Source: Camelus dromedarius (lineage: Eukaryota). Taken from it: a DNA stretch of 64,000 bases. The position numbers and the translations under genes were made by a program. The stretch is from positions 82,958,001 to 83,022,000 of the forward strand of contig NC_087436.1 of assembly GCF_036321535.1 (NCBI RefSeq), read 5' to 3'. Shown here in pieces: positions 41,130-55,699 of the stretch; position 1 is the first letter of the stretch; the number at the start of each line of letters is the position of its first letter. The notes below the pieces were generated by a model. That model was not told where the DNA came from. It saw only the letters and a program-made list of their open reading frames with translations, and did no database searches.

Positions 41130-42770
41130 ATGATGGTGGTGTGTCTGACAGCTTTTAAAAACTGGACGGAGTGGTGGCTGTCTTAGAGGCAATGGCCAGA
41201 GTGACTGGGATATTGGTTACATTCAACAATTACGTTAGGTGACTGAGCAAGTAAGTAAACACACTGAGATGATGGGAGCCGAGTTTCTCACTGTCTGAAA
41301 TGTCACTTACAAACAGGGAAAGGGCAAAGACTAAAAAGAACATTCAAGTGTTAGATTACAATTGGAAATATTATGAACTCATGGTTTTGCTAATTTTATA
41401 CGTAATAACAGAGCAATAGTTAGAAATATATTTACATGTATCATTCTATTTGAACTATATATACACACAAAACATATTTATAATAAATACATATTCCCAA
41501 ATAAAATATAGATATGTATTTCTATGTTATATATACACACATACACATACACATGTATTCCCTAGGTCTATCTGCTAATTGAGTCTAGAAGCATTGACAG
41601 TCCTGTAGCAGTGAGCACACTTAAGTATCTGGATCTCGGTTTCTAAATCATAACTACACCAGAAGGAACCAGGGCTCCTTGGAGAAATAAGATGAACCTG
41701 GAATATCTTGCTGATGATACAGTGAAAAAAATGCTTGAAAAATGATTAGGGACATGTCAAAAGGACACAAAATCCAGACTGAAGAGGCTTCTACTAACCA
41801 AATCAGGGTGAATTCGGTCATAAAAATGAAAAAGTATAATAGATTATAACCCACTGAATAAAAGAATGTGAGTAAATATAAATGAACAAAGAAGGAAGAA
41901 AACATCCTTAGAGTAGAAGGTCAACATAGGTAGAAAGAATGATGTAAATAGAAAGTCACCACTGGGCAACCATCACACTAGAAGCTGATACAGGCAGGAG
42001 TTGTGGTTCTTTGCTAAAACTGGTGGGTGGAGATTTGATGAGGAACAGGATATTGGCCTAATATATGATTATCTCCCTTGACAAAATACTAATCAATTAC
42101 AAAGGAAAAAAATAGTTATTTCATAGCAGATAAACCCAGTAGAAACCAACATGACCACCTGATGAAGGTCAACATCGCCCGTGGTCAGAGAAGTCAAAAC
42201 CATGCAGCCCCTGACGTTCTGCACCAAGAACACAGTATCATCTCTGTAGTATCCCTGCCAAGGATTCATGGTCTGAGTCTGGTCATGAAGAAACACTGGA
42301 TGGACCCAGGTTGAGGGCCACCCTGTGAAATGTACTCCCTAATACGTGTGAGGACGTGAGAGGCCAGGAAAGAGCAAAGAACTGCTCAGGGTTATAAAAG
42401 ATTACCCAAAAAAGAGTGTTTCTGGAGAGAATCCTGAGCCAGAAAGGAAAAAGAGACACTTCTGGGGCAGCTGTTGACGTCTGACTGCAGTCCACAGACT
42501 GGATGGTGGCCATGACATCACCACTGACTTCCTGGCTGGGAGATGTGTGAGGTGGTAACGCAGGAGCCTTGTCCCTGTTTTTTAGTTATAGTCCAGAGTA
42601 CGTAGGGGTGATGGTACATGGTGGCAGAAAAAGTACAAGGAAGGAGGGATGGAGAAAGAGCAAATGCAGTTAAAAGAATCGTTAGGGAATCGAGGTAAGA
42701 AGACATGGAATTTTTTGGTACCACTCTTCAATCTTCTGTAAGATTGAAACTTTTAAAAAATTGATTTTAA
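41130..42770 (+). mobile_element. Old L1 (L1MC/MD-like) 3'UTR relic
   Basis: Contains recalled L1MC phrases (ccagaaggaaccagggctccttggagaaat, caaaatactaatcaattacaaagg). A related fragment lies at about 51550-52270. Boundaries approximate. Confidence 0.55.
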
Positions 42771-42984
42771 AAAAGATGTCCAAAACTCAACTTTTGAAAA
42801 TTTTCCCATAAACATGTTTCTCCCACCGTCTTCTTTCTTCATAAAAGTAAATGACAGTTTTTATTCCATTCTTTCATTTTTCAGGCCCCAGATCTCAGAA
42901 GTCAATAAGCATGTCCCACATCCAATTCATGAGCTAATCCTGTTGGTTCTATCTTCAAAACAGAGAGGATCCACCCCCTTCTTA

Positions 42985-43218
42985 CCAGTGTCTTTGTAAG
43001 AAGAGGAGGTTAGGACACAGACACATGGGGGAAAGATGAAGTGAGAACAGAGAGAAGGCAGCTACTACAAGCCAAGGAGAGAGACCTCAGAACAAACAAT
43101 CCTACCGACTCCCTGATCTCGAACTTCAAGCCTCCAAGAATGTGAAAGACTAAATTTCTGCTATTTAAGCCACCCAATCTGTGGCACTATGTCATGGCAG
43201 CCCGAGCAAAGTAATCAA
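42985..43218 (+). mobile_element. MaLR LTR 3' fragment (MLT1-like)
   Basis: Contains caagccaaggagagagacctcag...aaatttctgctatttaagccacccaatctgtgg. Confidence 0.6.
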
Positions 43219-43642
43219 TAAGCAGCCCCCATTCCTGATTTAGGGCACCAGGGTCCAGGTCCTCTTTCGTGTTCCAAACACATCGGGCTCACTCTGCCTT
43301 AGGGTACCTGGCTGTTCCCTCCAACTAGAAGTCTCTTCTCCCACTCATCCAGGTCTTGCTCACTTGCTCCCAGCTCAAATGTCACCTCACTGAAGTCTTC
43401 CCTGACCACCCTGTACATAATACAGCACCTCTACCCACCAGAGCCATCTTTTGCTACTCTCTTAGCCTGACTCATTTTTCGTGAAACACTTATATTTGCT
43501 AATTGACTGTTTCCCTCCAGCAAAGAAGGGAGAAACTTTTATCCGTGTGCTCCTGAATCCCCAGCACCAAGAATAATACCTGGTATATAGCAGGTGTTCA
43601 GATATTGGATGAATGAATGAATAACATTCCCATAGCGTTTAC

Positions 43643-43800
43643 CTCTTCAGGAGCAAAAGGACAGCATTTGCTGTGCTTGAGTCTAAGCCAGTCGTGGGCT
43701 CATCCAGGAACAAGATGGCTGGATCAGTAATAAGCTCCATGGCAATACTAGTCCTTTTTCTTTCTCCTCCAGACACACCACGGATAAACTGAGTTCCAAC
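43643..43800 (-). CDS. ABCG2: ABCG2 exon 6: ABC signature, Walker B and D-loop
   Basis: 158 nt. Translates [53 protein letters not shown]. Confidence 0.97.
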
Positions 43801-44849
43801 CTAAAACACAAATAGTATTGTTATTACCAATCACAACCACAGCCACTATTGTTTGTTGAGCTCCTAATACGTGCCAACCTTACAAGGGGCACTTGGTCTC
43901 TTTATCCTCATTTACTTTATCCTCAAGCAAATAAATGACTACGCAGGAGAAGAGGTAGGTTTCTCTTTAACTCAAAGAATAAACTGAGGCTCAGTTCAGA
44001 GCTGGTAAGTGGCTAAGCCTGATACGAAACCCATTAACAGGTCTATATATTTCTTATCAAGTCAAATATTTAGTCTTAAGACAGTTAAGTTAGAACACTA
44101 AAAGATATGGCTCTGACATAGTGAAAGCACAGACCAAAAAGGGAGATGAAGATGGGAGAGGAAAACCTAAAGCAACTACAATTTATTAGTCTTCTTACAC
44201 CCTCCCAATCCCCATTCCCCCATCCCCAAAAAAGTCCTCACTGTGGCTTGGCAGCTAGAAAAATTCACTTTCTACCGCACCACATTAGCACCTCTTAAAT
44301 CACCATAAGGCTTCCCAAATTGACCCCTCCTATACCTTAACTCACCACAGAACTTCTGACGTCTTCTTTCAGACAAATTCAGAAGGTCAACTATTCTACA
44401 AGGCAACTGCTTGAGTCTTTTCAACCAGTCAGTGTCACTGTGCAGGGTGGGAGCAGGAAGGTTTTGAGGGAGGCAGTAGGCAGGAAACAGTTTTTATGTA
44501 AAGAGTCTTCAAAGAGATAATAAGCAAGTGCTGCTCATGCCCTTGACTGAATCTTGTAACAACTGAGCTATAACGGACACTTTGGAGATAACTGGGGAAA
44601 TGTGAATGAATATGGGCAACATGGCTGATATTAAGACACAATTTTATTAGTTGAAAATGGTATTGTGGTAATGTAGGCAAATATCCTTTTTTAAGATGCA
44701 TAATCAGTATTCAGGAGTGAACTATCATGATATTTATAACTTCCTTTAAAATACTTCAAAAAAAAGTTGAAGCAGTTATGGGGAACTAAGGTAAGTGTTA
44801 TTAGTAATCATACCATTACATTAATGATAGTACAATCATATCATCACTA

Positions 44850-45348
44850 TGTAACAGAGAAGAACAGACCTGACTCCATACTGAATCTACTTCAGTTCTA
44901 ACCTTTGTGCTCTGTTGCCTGTGCTTAGTCATACTGGCTCTGCACTTCTTGGAAAGAATGTTGTCTACAGCCTGAAATACACAGGGTAGCCCATTCTCAG
45001 TCTCTGACCTTTGAAGGTATAACACTTTTCCATTCATATAGAGATAAAAAGTTGCAGAACAGAGAATAACATTTGTCTTGTTGGAGGTTTATAGGAACAT
45101 TGTGACCAGATCCACCTGGACAGCTGCAAGAACACAGGATTCTGGCACCAAGAAGCTTGTAATAACCAATCACACCTCCACCCCTTTTAGTATGAAAGAA
45201 GCCTAAATTCTTACTTGGGGATATTGTTTCTTTGGGACACTAATCCATCACCTTCTCTGTCTGCTGGCTTTCCCAATAAAGTCATTATTCTTCGCCCCAA
45301 CAACTCGTGTCTTGATTTACTAGCTGTACAAGCTTGGACTTGGTAACA
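44850..45348 (+). mobile_element. ERV1-class solo LTR (499 bp) inserted in an old L1 3' fragment
   Basis: TGTAAC...GTAACA termini, a 4-bp TSD ACTA at 44846-44849 and 45349-45352, and AATAAA near 45276. Confidence 0.8.
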
Positions 45349-46751
45349 ACTAAGTAATCAGACTATTCTCTCTACATTTCTGTTATGCTTAAAATTCCAT
45401 AAAAAGTAAAAAAATTTAAATGTATTAATTAGATAATTAGATAATTAATTAGATAAATTCTAAGTCAACAACTTCATTCAATTTATTTTCCCTAGAAATG
45501 CATGCAAGGAACTTAGGGAAATGACTGCCTACTGGTAGAGGGCCTTCACCTAAAGGTAAAGAATGGTAAATACCTTATTGGAAAGATAAAAATCAAATAA
45601 ACAGAGCCAATGCAAAGGAAACTCAATCACTCATAAAATGAATTTAGTCGGAAATGCTGCCATCTCAGAGCTATTTTTCCAAACAAAATACACTTTACAT
45701 TAAAGAATGTCAGAAAGTATCATATGAAGTGGCAGTCAGCAGAATACCCCCTCTAACAAAGGTTACAAAGAATGGATAAAGGAGATTCACAGTAAAGGAT
45801 ATCACAGGGGGGTTAAACCATAGCCATCACAGTCTAAAAGCTCATCTTCACCCAAAGCTTCAGATGTCTTCCCAGCAAATTGTTCATACCTGGTCATCAA
45901 CTGTAAAGTTCACTCATTCATCTCATTTCTTCTTTCTGATCCTGTATAACCCACAAAAGGAGTTACTTTTCCCTCTCCTCCCCACAACCGTTCTCTCTAA
46001 AAATGAAGAGCCCAGTACACAACAAACAGTCTGTAAGTAAACACTGGTAAGAGAAAAAGGGGAGAAGAAGTGGGGAGGAGAGGAGGGGTTGGGAGCCAAA
46101 AGTACCAAAAGAAAGGCTCTGGAAAAACAACTTGGATGCTACACAAATTAGATATAAACCCTAATTTGACTGAATATAATTTTGGAAGCCAAATTACAGC
46201 AAAGTGAAACATACAGAGCAAGAGCCCTTGGATTTTCAACGTGTATGAATTCCAGAAATATACCTCTGAAAAGCAACGGAACAAAGTCCCCTGGAGGAAG
46301 GAAAGAACAGCTAAACAGGGAGAAGAAAACAGGAAGAAGCAAAGTTAGTGTGAAGACACTGAATTGAGACGTGACACACAATCGGGGTGGGAGAGGATCA
46401 AGAGCTGTAGTCGCGTGGCAAGGGCCACTGGTTCTCTGCAAGACACTTTCACTTACTAGACCACATTGCCACATTCATTTCCAAGATTCAATCATTCTAG
46501 GGTTTTTTTCTTTCCCACCTGATTAATTACCATCTTCATATTAGGTAACTAGTCACTTTCCTCATAGTTACAGAAAGCAGCCACTCTTGACCATACACAT
46601 GACAGAAAGCTAATAACTGTAAGTTATTATCACCATATAATTTATATAGTTATATAATTATAGTTAGATGTTACATAACTATAAGTGATACTACCCACAC
46701 AGGTGAGGTCCTATTTGCTGGCAATGATACTATCAGTTTTTTCCACATTAC

Positions 46752-46904
46752 CTTAGAATCTGCCACTTTATCCAGACCTAACTCTTGAATGACCATGTTA
46801 ATCCGTGCATTTTTTTCCCGGTTTGTCATAGTTGTTGGAAGCCGAAGAGCTGCTGAGAACTGTAAGTTTTCTCTCACTGTCAGAGTTCCCATCACGACAT
46901 CATC
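46752..46904 (-). CDS. ABCG2: ABCG2 exon 5
   Basis: 153 nt. Translates DDVVMGTLTVRENLQFSAALRLPTTMTNREKNARINMVIQELGLDKVADSK; Q141 is present. Confidence 0.96.
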
Positions 46905-47459
46905 CTTAAAGCAAAAGGGCATTTTAACAAGACATATCAGGTCTTCTCCAATACCATCACCCTTAGTGTATATAACTTATCCACAAAAACAACACACCCA
47001 AGTAAAGTTCTAGCCAGTAATGAACTTGTAATTATACAAGTTACAGTAACTCCATATGTAGATAGCTGCAAACCCAGATGGAATGTTCCATTCCCTATCT
47101 GTACACCCAAAGAGAACACAGACTGCTTTACACAAGGAGTTGCCGAGACATGGTTCTAAGCTAGGGGAAGGAGAGAGGTGGAGGTAAGGCAAAAAAGTGA
47201 AATAGTAGTGTCTTTTAGAAACAATATGATAACAAGAATTGATATCACTGCCCTTCCGAGGGTCCTATTCTAGATTCTCCCTGCCTTTTCATTTCATACT
47301 ACTCTGAATCTTGTGGGAGATTATGAAAATCTGATGTAAAGTGACGTTGTTTCTATGAGTCTATCATGTAGTCAGTTGGAAGCACACTCAACTATCAGCC
47401 AAGGCACTTGCCCACAAAGAAACAGAAGAAATCTAACATGCAAATCCACAAATACTTAC

Positions 47460-47574
47460 TTGTACCACATAACCTGAGTTACATTTAAAATTGGCAGGTC
47501 GAGGTGCTCCGTTGATTAAAACATCTCCAGATAATCCATGTGGATCTTTCCTTGCAGCTAAGACATCTAACAAC
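47460..47574 (-). CDS. ABCG2: ABCG2 exon 4, Q-loop
   Basis: 115 nt, AG acceptor and GTAAGT donor. Translates LLDVLAARKDPHGLSGDVLINGAPRPANFKCNSGYVVQ. Confidence 0.96.
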
Positions 47575-48159
47575 CTATGAAAAGACATATGTTGTTGTTT
47601 TTAATTCTTCCAAATTAGGCTTTACCTTTTGATTAATTTGAATCCAAATCCTGCTCAAGTTAGCAAACTAACTTATTAAGAAATTACATAGTTTAACTAA
47701 AATTATGTATATATTTTAAATGTCACTTTCCTTTTCTTTTTACTATATGCTACAGTAAAGCCCAAAAACATGAAAGAAAAGCACTGTTGGCTGATCCAGC
47801 ACAGACCACCCAAACTGCCCTCCAGGCTGTCTGACCTTGGGGGGCCCCAAGGCAGGCAATGTGCTCTTTTGTCTAAGACATAAGCTTTTATTTATGCCTT
47901 TGGCTCCAACTCCCCACTTTCAATTTTATCCCCCTCCTTTTCCTCTCCATAGCTCAAATCATAGCTGACAGCTGTGTGCCAGTCACCTTACCACATTCTA
48001 TTAGTAAAGCTGACCTAGTAAGATTTCCTTGTCCTCAGGACAGAACCACAAGCTAGCACAACTGCACATTATCCACAGCACCTAGAACCAGACTAGATAT
48101 GCAGAAAATATTCAACAAATACCCACTCACATAAAAGTAATCTTTAAAAGCACATTAAA

Positions 48160-48410
48160 ACTGAGGGTGGTGAATAGGCAAAGGAGATTAAGAGGTAAAA
48201 ACCTCCAGGTATAAAATAAATAAGTCACGGGGATGTAATGTACAGCAGGAGGAATATGGTCAATCCTATTGTAATTAACTTGGTATGGGGACAGATGGTT
48301 ACTAGACTTATCATGGCGATCATTTCATAGTGAATGTAAGTGTCAAATCATTATGTAGCACACCTGAAACTAACATAATATTGTATGTCAACTATAACTC
48401 AATTTTAAAA
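48160..48410 (+). mobile_element. L1 3' end (L1MA9-like); a similar copy lies at about 54530-54770
   Basis: Contains aataagtcacggggatgtaatgtacagc...cacctgaaactaacataatattgtatgtcaactata. Confidence 0.7.
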
Positions 48411-48462
48411 GACCACACATTAAAACTGTAAAGAAAAAGTTTGCTTATACTGTTATACTCAC

Positions 48463-48522
48463 GAAGATTTGCCTCCCCCTGTGGGTCCCAGAATGGCGTT
48501 GAGGCCAGGTTTCATGATCCCA
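48463..48522 (-). CDS. ABCG2: ABCG2 exon 3, Walker A
   Basis: 60 nt, AG acceptor and GTGAGT donor. Translates GIMKPGLNAILGPTGGGKS. Confidence 0.96.
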
Positions 48523-50496
48523 CTGTAAATGCAGAAATATACCGAGTTATTGGCCCAATATAAAACTAGTTCTCTTAATTTAGGATTTGCATTTAATACC
48601 CTCAATGAAGGTTGATGAACTTACAGTGAGGGTGGGGGGGAAAAAAGTACTAATCAACTCTTAAAGGAAAAAGAAACCGAATTGTCAATTAACAGAAATC
48701 GAGCATACAAAAAAATGTCAGGACTTACAAGAAGAACAACTCGGGTCCCTCTCAATTCCTTCCACTTATTCTCTAAACCATTTAAATTTTTTGGAACAGG
48801 ACACAAGAGCTCTCAAGGTTCCTTGATGTAACATGCTCTGGCGAAGCATCTCTGCTCCACACACTCCTCTTTCACGGGGTAAGGTACGGACCAGGTCTTG
48901 AGTAACCAGTGATAACACTTATCCTCATGTCACCTCATCTGCTGCCTAGTCAAGTCCTACACAGTCAATGAGTCAGTGGACTTTTAGAATCACCAGTAGT
49001 AGTGTCCTCACTGCTCAAATCTAGTTCAGACCAAGAAACAATACATCTGAAACAGAAATTCAATGGCTGGAATAAAAGCACCTCAGGGGTTCAAAAGCAA
49101 ACATCCCCAATTCTTAACCCTCACAAAATTCTTAATCAAATTAGAAAAGTAAAACCTAACACCATCAAGATATATCATTTTCTTCCTTGTAAATTATGAG
49201 AGAAGTGGACTGGAAAATTCTCAGTTCAGAAGCGGTGGGCGTCACTTTCTACAAGGGACAACTTTAAAGATACATAGACATCGGTGTACACGCAGCACAT
49301 TCCAAACAGACTAAACAGATGTTTGAGGGCAGTGACTATTCAGACAGAGAGCAGGAAGGCAGAAAAAAATTAAGGCAGTGTTGACTGTGCTGAGACTCAA
49401 GAAGAAGGCAAATATTTTGGATTGTATCCTGTAGGTTGCCAGCAGAAGGGTGAAGGAGGATGGACTGGAGAAAGGAGGATTAAGGGCAGGGCCTCTGCGT
49501 TCTCCGGGCATGATTCAATGGAGGACTGCGAAGCCATTTCAGAACCCTAGGGACTAAGTCCAACCTTTCTTTGTAACTTGTGGGTAAGATAAAATTTATT
49601 CCACAGACAAAACAGTATCTAATCCAAACATAGTAAGTCCAAAGACAAAGGCTATTTCATTCCCAAATATTGTTTTTCACAAAAGCCAATTCTGTGATAA
49701 CAGAACTGTCGTGAGTGACAAACTTTAAAATGGACTCCAGTGCCTCCTCCCAGGAGGACCTCAGCATCAACTGACCACTGTGCCTGCACCCACCGTCCCA
49801 GCTGTGAAGTGGCTGGTGCTAGGGTGAAATGCACCTTTCACTCTGCTCGTGAGCTGAGGTGCCTCTCACTGAAACACCAGACAGATAAGTGAGTTAGGTA
49901 CACCAGCAGCAAGCTGTAAAACACAATAATCTCTTACTCTTTTCGGTGATCTTTCCCCATGGTTGTAAAAAAGACATGCTAATAATTGGGCGCACTTTCA
50001 ATATGCATTTACCGATAGCTCTTTTTTTTCTTTTTTACTGAAGTATAGTCAGTCTACAACGTCATGTCATCGAAAGCTCGTGATGTACCTTCTTTATTAA
50101 TAGCTACCTAGTAACAGCTTCTAAGATAATGAGAAATAAGCTTGTTATTCACTAAGACTTTGTTGTCAGAAACCCTTTCCAGGTTTTAAAAATATCTCCT
50201 CAAATCAAGACCAAGCAATCCAAAATGCTTAATCCAAAACTGAATGTAAATGTTCTAAGTCAAAGAATTTTATAGGTCGCTGAGTTGGGCTTACCTTGGC
50301 ACTAAGCCCTAGCATTACAGAAAGCAGCAATAAGGTACAATCACAGTTCCAGTTTGGAGCAGTGGCTAATTCTCCCTCCATTCATTCAACACAGTTATCC
50401 AGTGTCTATTATGTATAAGAAGACACCCTTCTAAGACATGGGACAGAACTGAGACTAAAACAAAGTCCTAGCCCTCCTGGAATTGACATTCTAGTC

Positions 50497-50707
50497 CAGG
50501 GATCAGCAAACTACAGCTGCTCACCTGTTTTCTGTTTTGATAAACAGAGTGTTACTGGAACAGAGCTATACTCATTGGTGTAGATGTTGTCTATGGCTGG
50601 TTCGTGCTACAGTGACAGAGATGAGCAGCTGCAATACAGATGGAAGACCCATGAAGCTGAAGATATTTGCTATCAGGCCCTTTACAGAAAAAGACTGCTG
50701 ACTCCTG
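50497..50707. mobile_element. hAT-Charlie MITE (MER58A-like)
   Basis: CAGGG...CCTG termini with a perfect 8-bp TSD TTCTAGTC at 50489-50496 and 50708-50715. Confidence 0.85.
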
Positions 50708-53700
50708 TTCTAGTCTATGGTCTACAATTCTCTTGTTTCCCCATCCTACCCTCTGCCCTCCTAGCACCCCTCAAAACCACTTCCCCACCCTTATTTACTG
50801 CTTTACAGCATGTACACGCAGGAACATCTCCCCCACTATACTGTAAAACCTTGCCAACAAGAACTATGTCATCATGTCTTCCCCCCCCCCTCACCCCAAC
50901 AGCATGGAGCACAGTGGTCTACAATGGGTACGAAATACATGAAATGAAACCTAGGTAAAGGATTCACACACCACATGTATTACATTTTAGTGGCTAATCC
51001 TTCGGTCTCAGTTTATGAAAGAGTAGTCAATGCCATTACCCCTGCTTGGAGTGTGGCTCCCCCAACCAAACCCTAACTTGCCCTACACATGCACACACGC
51101 ACATGTGTATGCACACACATAATCTTCACTTTCTCTGCACACTCCTGAACCTCTGGTTTAGGGTTAGGAACATCCATAATGTCTCCTAATCCCTCTATGT
51201 GTAGAATGACACAGTGAGGTGTTCTAGCCGCCTGACTCCTCCATTAAAATAGAAAGTGTCTGAGGACAGAGGACATATCCTTGTCACTAGCACCTCACAC
51301 AATGTCACACAACCTAGTAGACATTCAAAACTTGTTGAATAAATGCGTCTCAACATTTCTATAAAGGACAGTTACTTACAGGAAAATAATGAGAGCATAT
51401 GCCAAAAGAACAAGTCAAAGAACAAAACAAAACACAGAATCTACCTTGAAAGCCTCGCGCTGACCCCACCAGGAACAATTAGGAGTATCACAATGAACAA
51501 TGACCATAATGCACTACTATTGAACACGGCTGAATAAAACACAAACCCACGGAACTATACTGACATAACTAAAGGAATGAAGACATGATGAAGCTTTTTC
51601 CTTTTATTAGAATGCAAACTAATAATATAGAAGAGATGGATAAAAAAAAGAAAATCACCTTTGGGTAAATATCAAATAACTGACTATCAGATCAGATTGT
51701 TACTGCTGATCCAGGTGGGAGTCATCAATGGGAGCTAGAGCTGGTGGGTTAAAAGTTTAATGAGAAATAGGATTTTGGAATAATGTCAGCATATCGCTCC
51801 TCACAAAATTTAACAGTTACAAAGGGGAAAATGCTGACATGGTAAAGAAGCCTGGGAGACACCAACATGACCAGGTGATCAAGATTAAGGGGTGGGACAG
51901 AAAAATACCAGCTTGGATGAGACTGATGATGTGGTGGTCAGTCAACCACAGGAAGGACAGCCCTGTAGGACCCACCACTGCATTCTTTATGCGGCTACAC
52001 TTCCCCTGGGCTGCTCCCAGACAGTAACTGAGTGCTTATATAAGAAAAGACCCCTGTATCTTGAAAATATACACTGGAGGAGTTAGTGATAACAGAGCAT
52101 CAAAGGGACAGCTTGTTCTCAAATGGTTCAGAAAAATATTAATGACAATGGGTACATAAAGAACGCAAAGTGACAAGCAAATGCATTGAAATGCTGACAG
52201 GCAGGGAATCTGAGTGAAAGGGTTGTGTTCCCGCAAGGTTTACCTTTGAAATGATCTCAAAATAAATCATTAATTAAAAAAAATCCCCAAACAGTATAAT
52301 GCATTTCTCTGAAGATTATAAGGCACTCACACATCTACTAGAATGGATCATTCTTTCTATAAATCTTCAGCTTTGGTGAGCAAAAGCTCAAATGTTGGGT
52401 CTGGAGATAAACTGAGGTACTAACAGGGAGTATTTTTTTTATAAGGGAGCAGAATCTCACCTTTTTGACTTCTCATAGCCAGATTTGTTTTCGCTTCCTC
52501 CCTCACAGATGGAAATGAGATTCTACATTCATTCTACAAATGACATTACAAAATGTCCAAAGGAAAGACAAAAAATCAAGGTACTCATCAGCTTTCTTGG
52601 AATAGAGGTACGATTTTGAATGGTGATGGTGCTATCAAACATGAATCGAAAATAAAATAAATGAAAAAAAATAATAAGATAAATGAGAGCACCCTTTCCC
52701 CCATCACAGAAACTCTACTTAGTTGAAGCCAGCAGATAGGAGAAAGATAGGAAACATTACTGCCTAAACCAGAAATGTGAGTGAGCAAGAAAAACAACCC
52801 CTGGTATCCTTTCAGTTGTAAAATTTGAAAAGGATTACAAGATCTGACTGAGTTTTTATAAACCTAGGAATGCATGTAAGCATGAACCCATCTGTTGCTG
52901 AAATGTATACAACTGAACCATAAAAATATGATGAAGCCTTGAGCAGATGACATTTTTAGTGTATCAAGTTACTGATCTACTAGCTTTAAAACATAAGTAA
53001 GATAAATGTACCCTCAAGCAGTATATATTTTACATTTATTCAGTCTGCACATATTCAAACCATTTTTTATCAGCACAAAATCTGAAGTGATCCGCATTTT
53101 TCTTGATTATTATGCTTCAGAAAAAACTCATCAGCTTTTCAGAAAGATCAGTTGATTCTAGTTTAGGCACGTAGCAAAAGATGAAAGCTTTTAATCCACC
53201 ATACCTCTCCTTATCCTCATATTCAGGATTTCTTAACTACCATGAGAAAGCTTCAGGGAAGTAGGCATGACAGTCTGTACTACTGTGTGGAGAGAGTTCT
53301 AGCTAATCCGACATAGTACCTGGCCTCATGGCACCCCAATCAGTCTCGGATCCCCATCCTTTCTTCTCCACCCACCTCCAAAAACTTTCTCCATTTGTCA
53401 TTTCCTAGACCTCTGGAAGCACTTGGCTGCTAGTAACAGAAAAGACCACAGTCCCATATAACCCACCTAGAAAACACAAGAAACATCCGATTCCATATAG
53501 GTTTGTGGATATATCTGGCCAGAGGGCTCTTATAAAACCTCACTCCTCCGGTCCTAGAAAGCCAGAAAAGTTGCCTGCTTTTGTCTAGGGATAATTACTT
53601 CCCCTATCACACACACACAAAATTAACAAAACACATAGGCCTATGCTGTCTAAGCAAACCTAGATTCACTCACCACTCCACAGACAGGAAGAATAAAGCT

Positions 53701-54170
53701 CAATTCTCTAGAAATCAGAAAAACATTAAAACCCTAAAGGTTATATAATATATGAAACACAGATACCTAGGACCGAGTAAATCCAATATGACTGTTCATT
53801 TCTCCCTCCACTCTACTGCCCACTCTACCACCATGTGATAAATTCATTGCTCAATACAGAGAATTCAGAGTAGAAATTAGAGTTTTGCATTAACTCGGAT
53901 TCTAAAATATAATTACATGTATTAATTTGCAGCGTAAATTCTCTTATCACTTTGGACTTCAACTGCAAAACTTATGCTAAGCTATAGCCATCTTATATTT
54001 ACATGTATCTAACATGTGATCCAACCACCTCACTGCTAGCTTAGCCAAAGAAATGAAAGCATGTATCTGTACATCTGAACAGACTTGCACACTTTTATTT
54101 CCAATAAGTAAAACCTGCAAAGTTCACTGCATGTCAATGAATCTATTTAAATAAAAGTTCATGCACGTAC

Positions 54171-54373
54171 TTGATATTCGTTAGTATTTCTTTCTCAACA
54201 GTTTTCCGACAACATAGAAAGCCACTCTTCAGTTTTACGCGATAGCAGATGTTATGAAAACTTAACACAGCTCCTCCAGTAAACGTCTTCAGGTCATTGG
54301 AGGTGGTCCCCGGGAGGCCATTGGTGTTTATTTTTGACATTGGGATAGAAACTTGGTATCTACCGGAAGACAT
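54171..54373 (-). CDS. ABCG2: ABCG2 first coding exon (exon 2); the whole exon is 54171-54392, including 19 nt of 5'UTR
   Basis: ATG at 54373-54371, acceptor AG at 54394-54393, donor GTACGT. Translates MSSGRYQVSIPMSKINTNGLPGTTSNDLKTFTGGAVLSFHNICYRVKLKSGFLCCRKTVEKEILTNI. Confidence 0.95.
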
Positions 54374-55699
54374 CTGGAGCGTTTCTGCCTTTCTGTAGAG
54401 GGAAAAGCAACAGCAAGTTGACAGTCCAGGTAAATGAGATTGTAAATAGTAGTTAATGGCACGTAAAACAAGTCTGTTCTGGAACAAACTTCCAGTTGTA
54501 AAATAAAGAAGTCCTGGGGATTTAATGTACACATGGCGACTACAGCTAATAATATTGTATTGTGTATCTGAAAGTTGCTAACAGATCTTAAAAGTCCTCA
54601 CCATAAGAAGAAAAAACTTGTGACTTCTGTGTATGATGTGAGTTATGAAGTTAACTAGACTCACTGTGGTGATCATTTCACAATATATACAAATACTAAA
54701 TCATTATGTTGTACACTTGGAACTAACATAGTTTTAACATGTCAATTATATTTCAGTTTTTAAAAAATTTTAAATAGACATCAAAAACTTTAATGTAAAA
54801 TCCCTCATTAGTTATTTTCATATTGATTACATGTTTAAGCAAAAATATTTTGGATACAAATGGATTCAATAAAATATATTAAAAACTTAAAAACAAGTCT
54901 ATTTTAAACTGCAGTGCAATAAACAGCTCCATTTTCAATGAACAGGCCACATCACGACAATAAGAACAACCTTGGAACCCACGTAAGGGAGACAGACACA
55001 ACTCAGAATACATAAACGCCAATTAGATGTCAATTAAACATATAAGTAAATAGAGTATGAAAATTACTCAAAACTCGTGAAGCAGGAAAAAGACAAGTAG
55101 GTGTTAGATCTGCCTGACTTGAAAAGTTTATCATGATACGACTCAAGATCGGGGAAAGACTGCATGATCATCATTACCCCGTTTTTGTTTGAGTCTATGA
55201 CAGTTATTACAAAAAGGGAGTTGGGCAGGCGGTCGGTCACAGACAAGGGAAATTTCTTTGAATTTAAAGCTCCAGACTTTACATCCCTGGTTGTTATGCT
55301 CCTTCAAGCAGCTAGGAAGTTAAACTCCAAAACTGTTCGGAATGACAAAAATCATTTCCTTAGTGGGCAAACGTATTTAAATTCTAGGAAGGTTTAGAAT
55401 TATGTATTAAAATGATTAAGAAAATCAAACCAGTGGTTAAGCAGTTAAAGAATTTAAAAACAAAAGGTGAGTATTAATTCGTAAAGAAAGTTTAAACTAT
55501 TTCATTAAACAAGTTACAAAAGGTTCCTTTAAAGGATTTAGAGTAAGACTTTAAGGTGAATTTAACAGCTTGTGAAATAGGTTTGAAACATGAACCTTCC
55601 ATGAACCTAGTTTTAGTTTTTTGAAAATCAAAGTAATCCCTGAAGAACCTTTTCTCTGGCTATGGTCCAAAACAATCATCCTCCTAAGAACAATTAACT

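Noticed and set aside
54143..54532. N-terminally extended ABCG2, suggested by the 129-aa ORF
   Set aside because: The extension lies upstream of the splice acceptor at 54394-54393 and is intronic. The start codon is the ATG at 54373.
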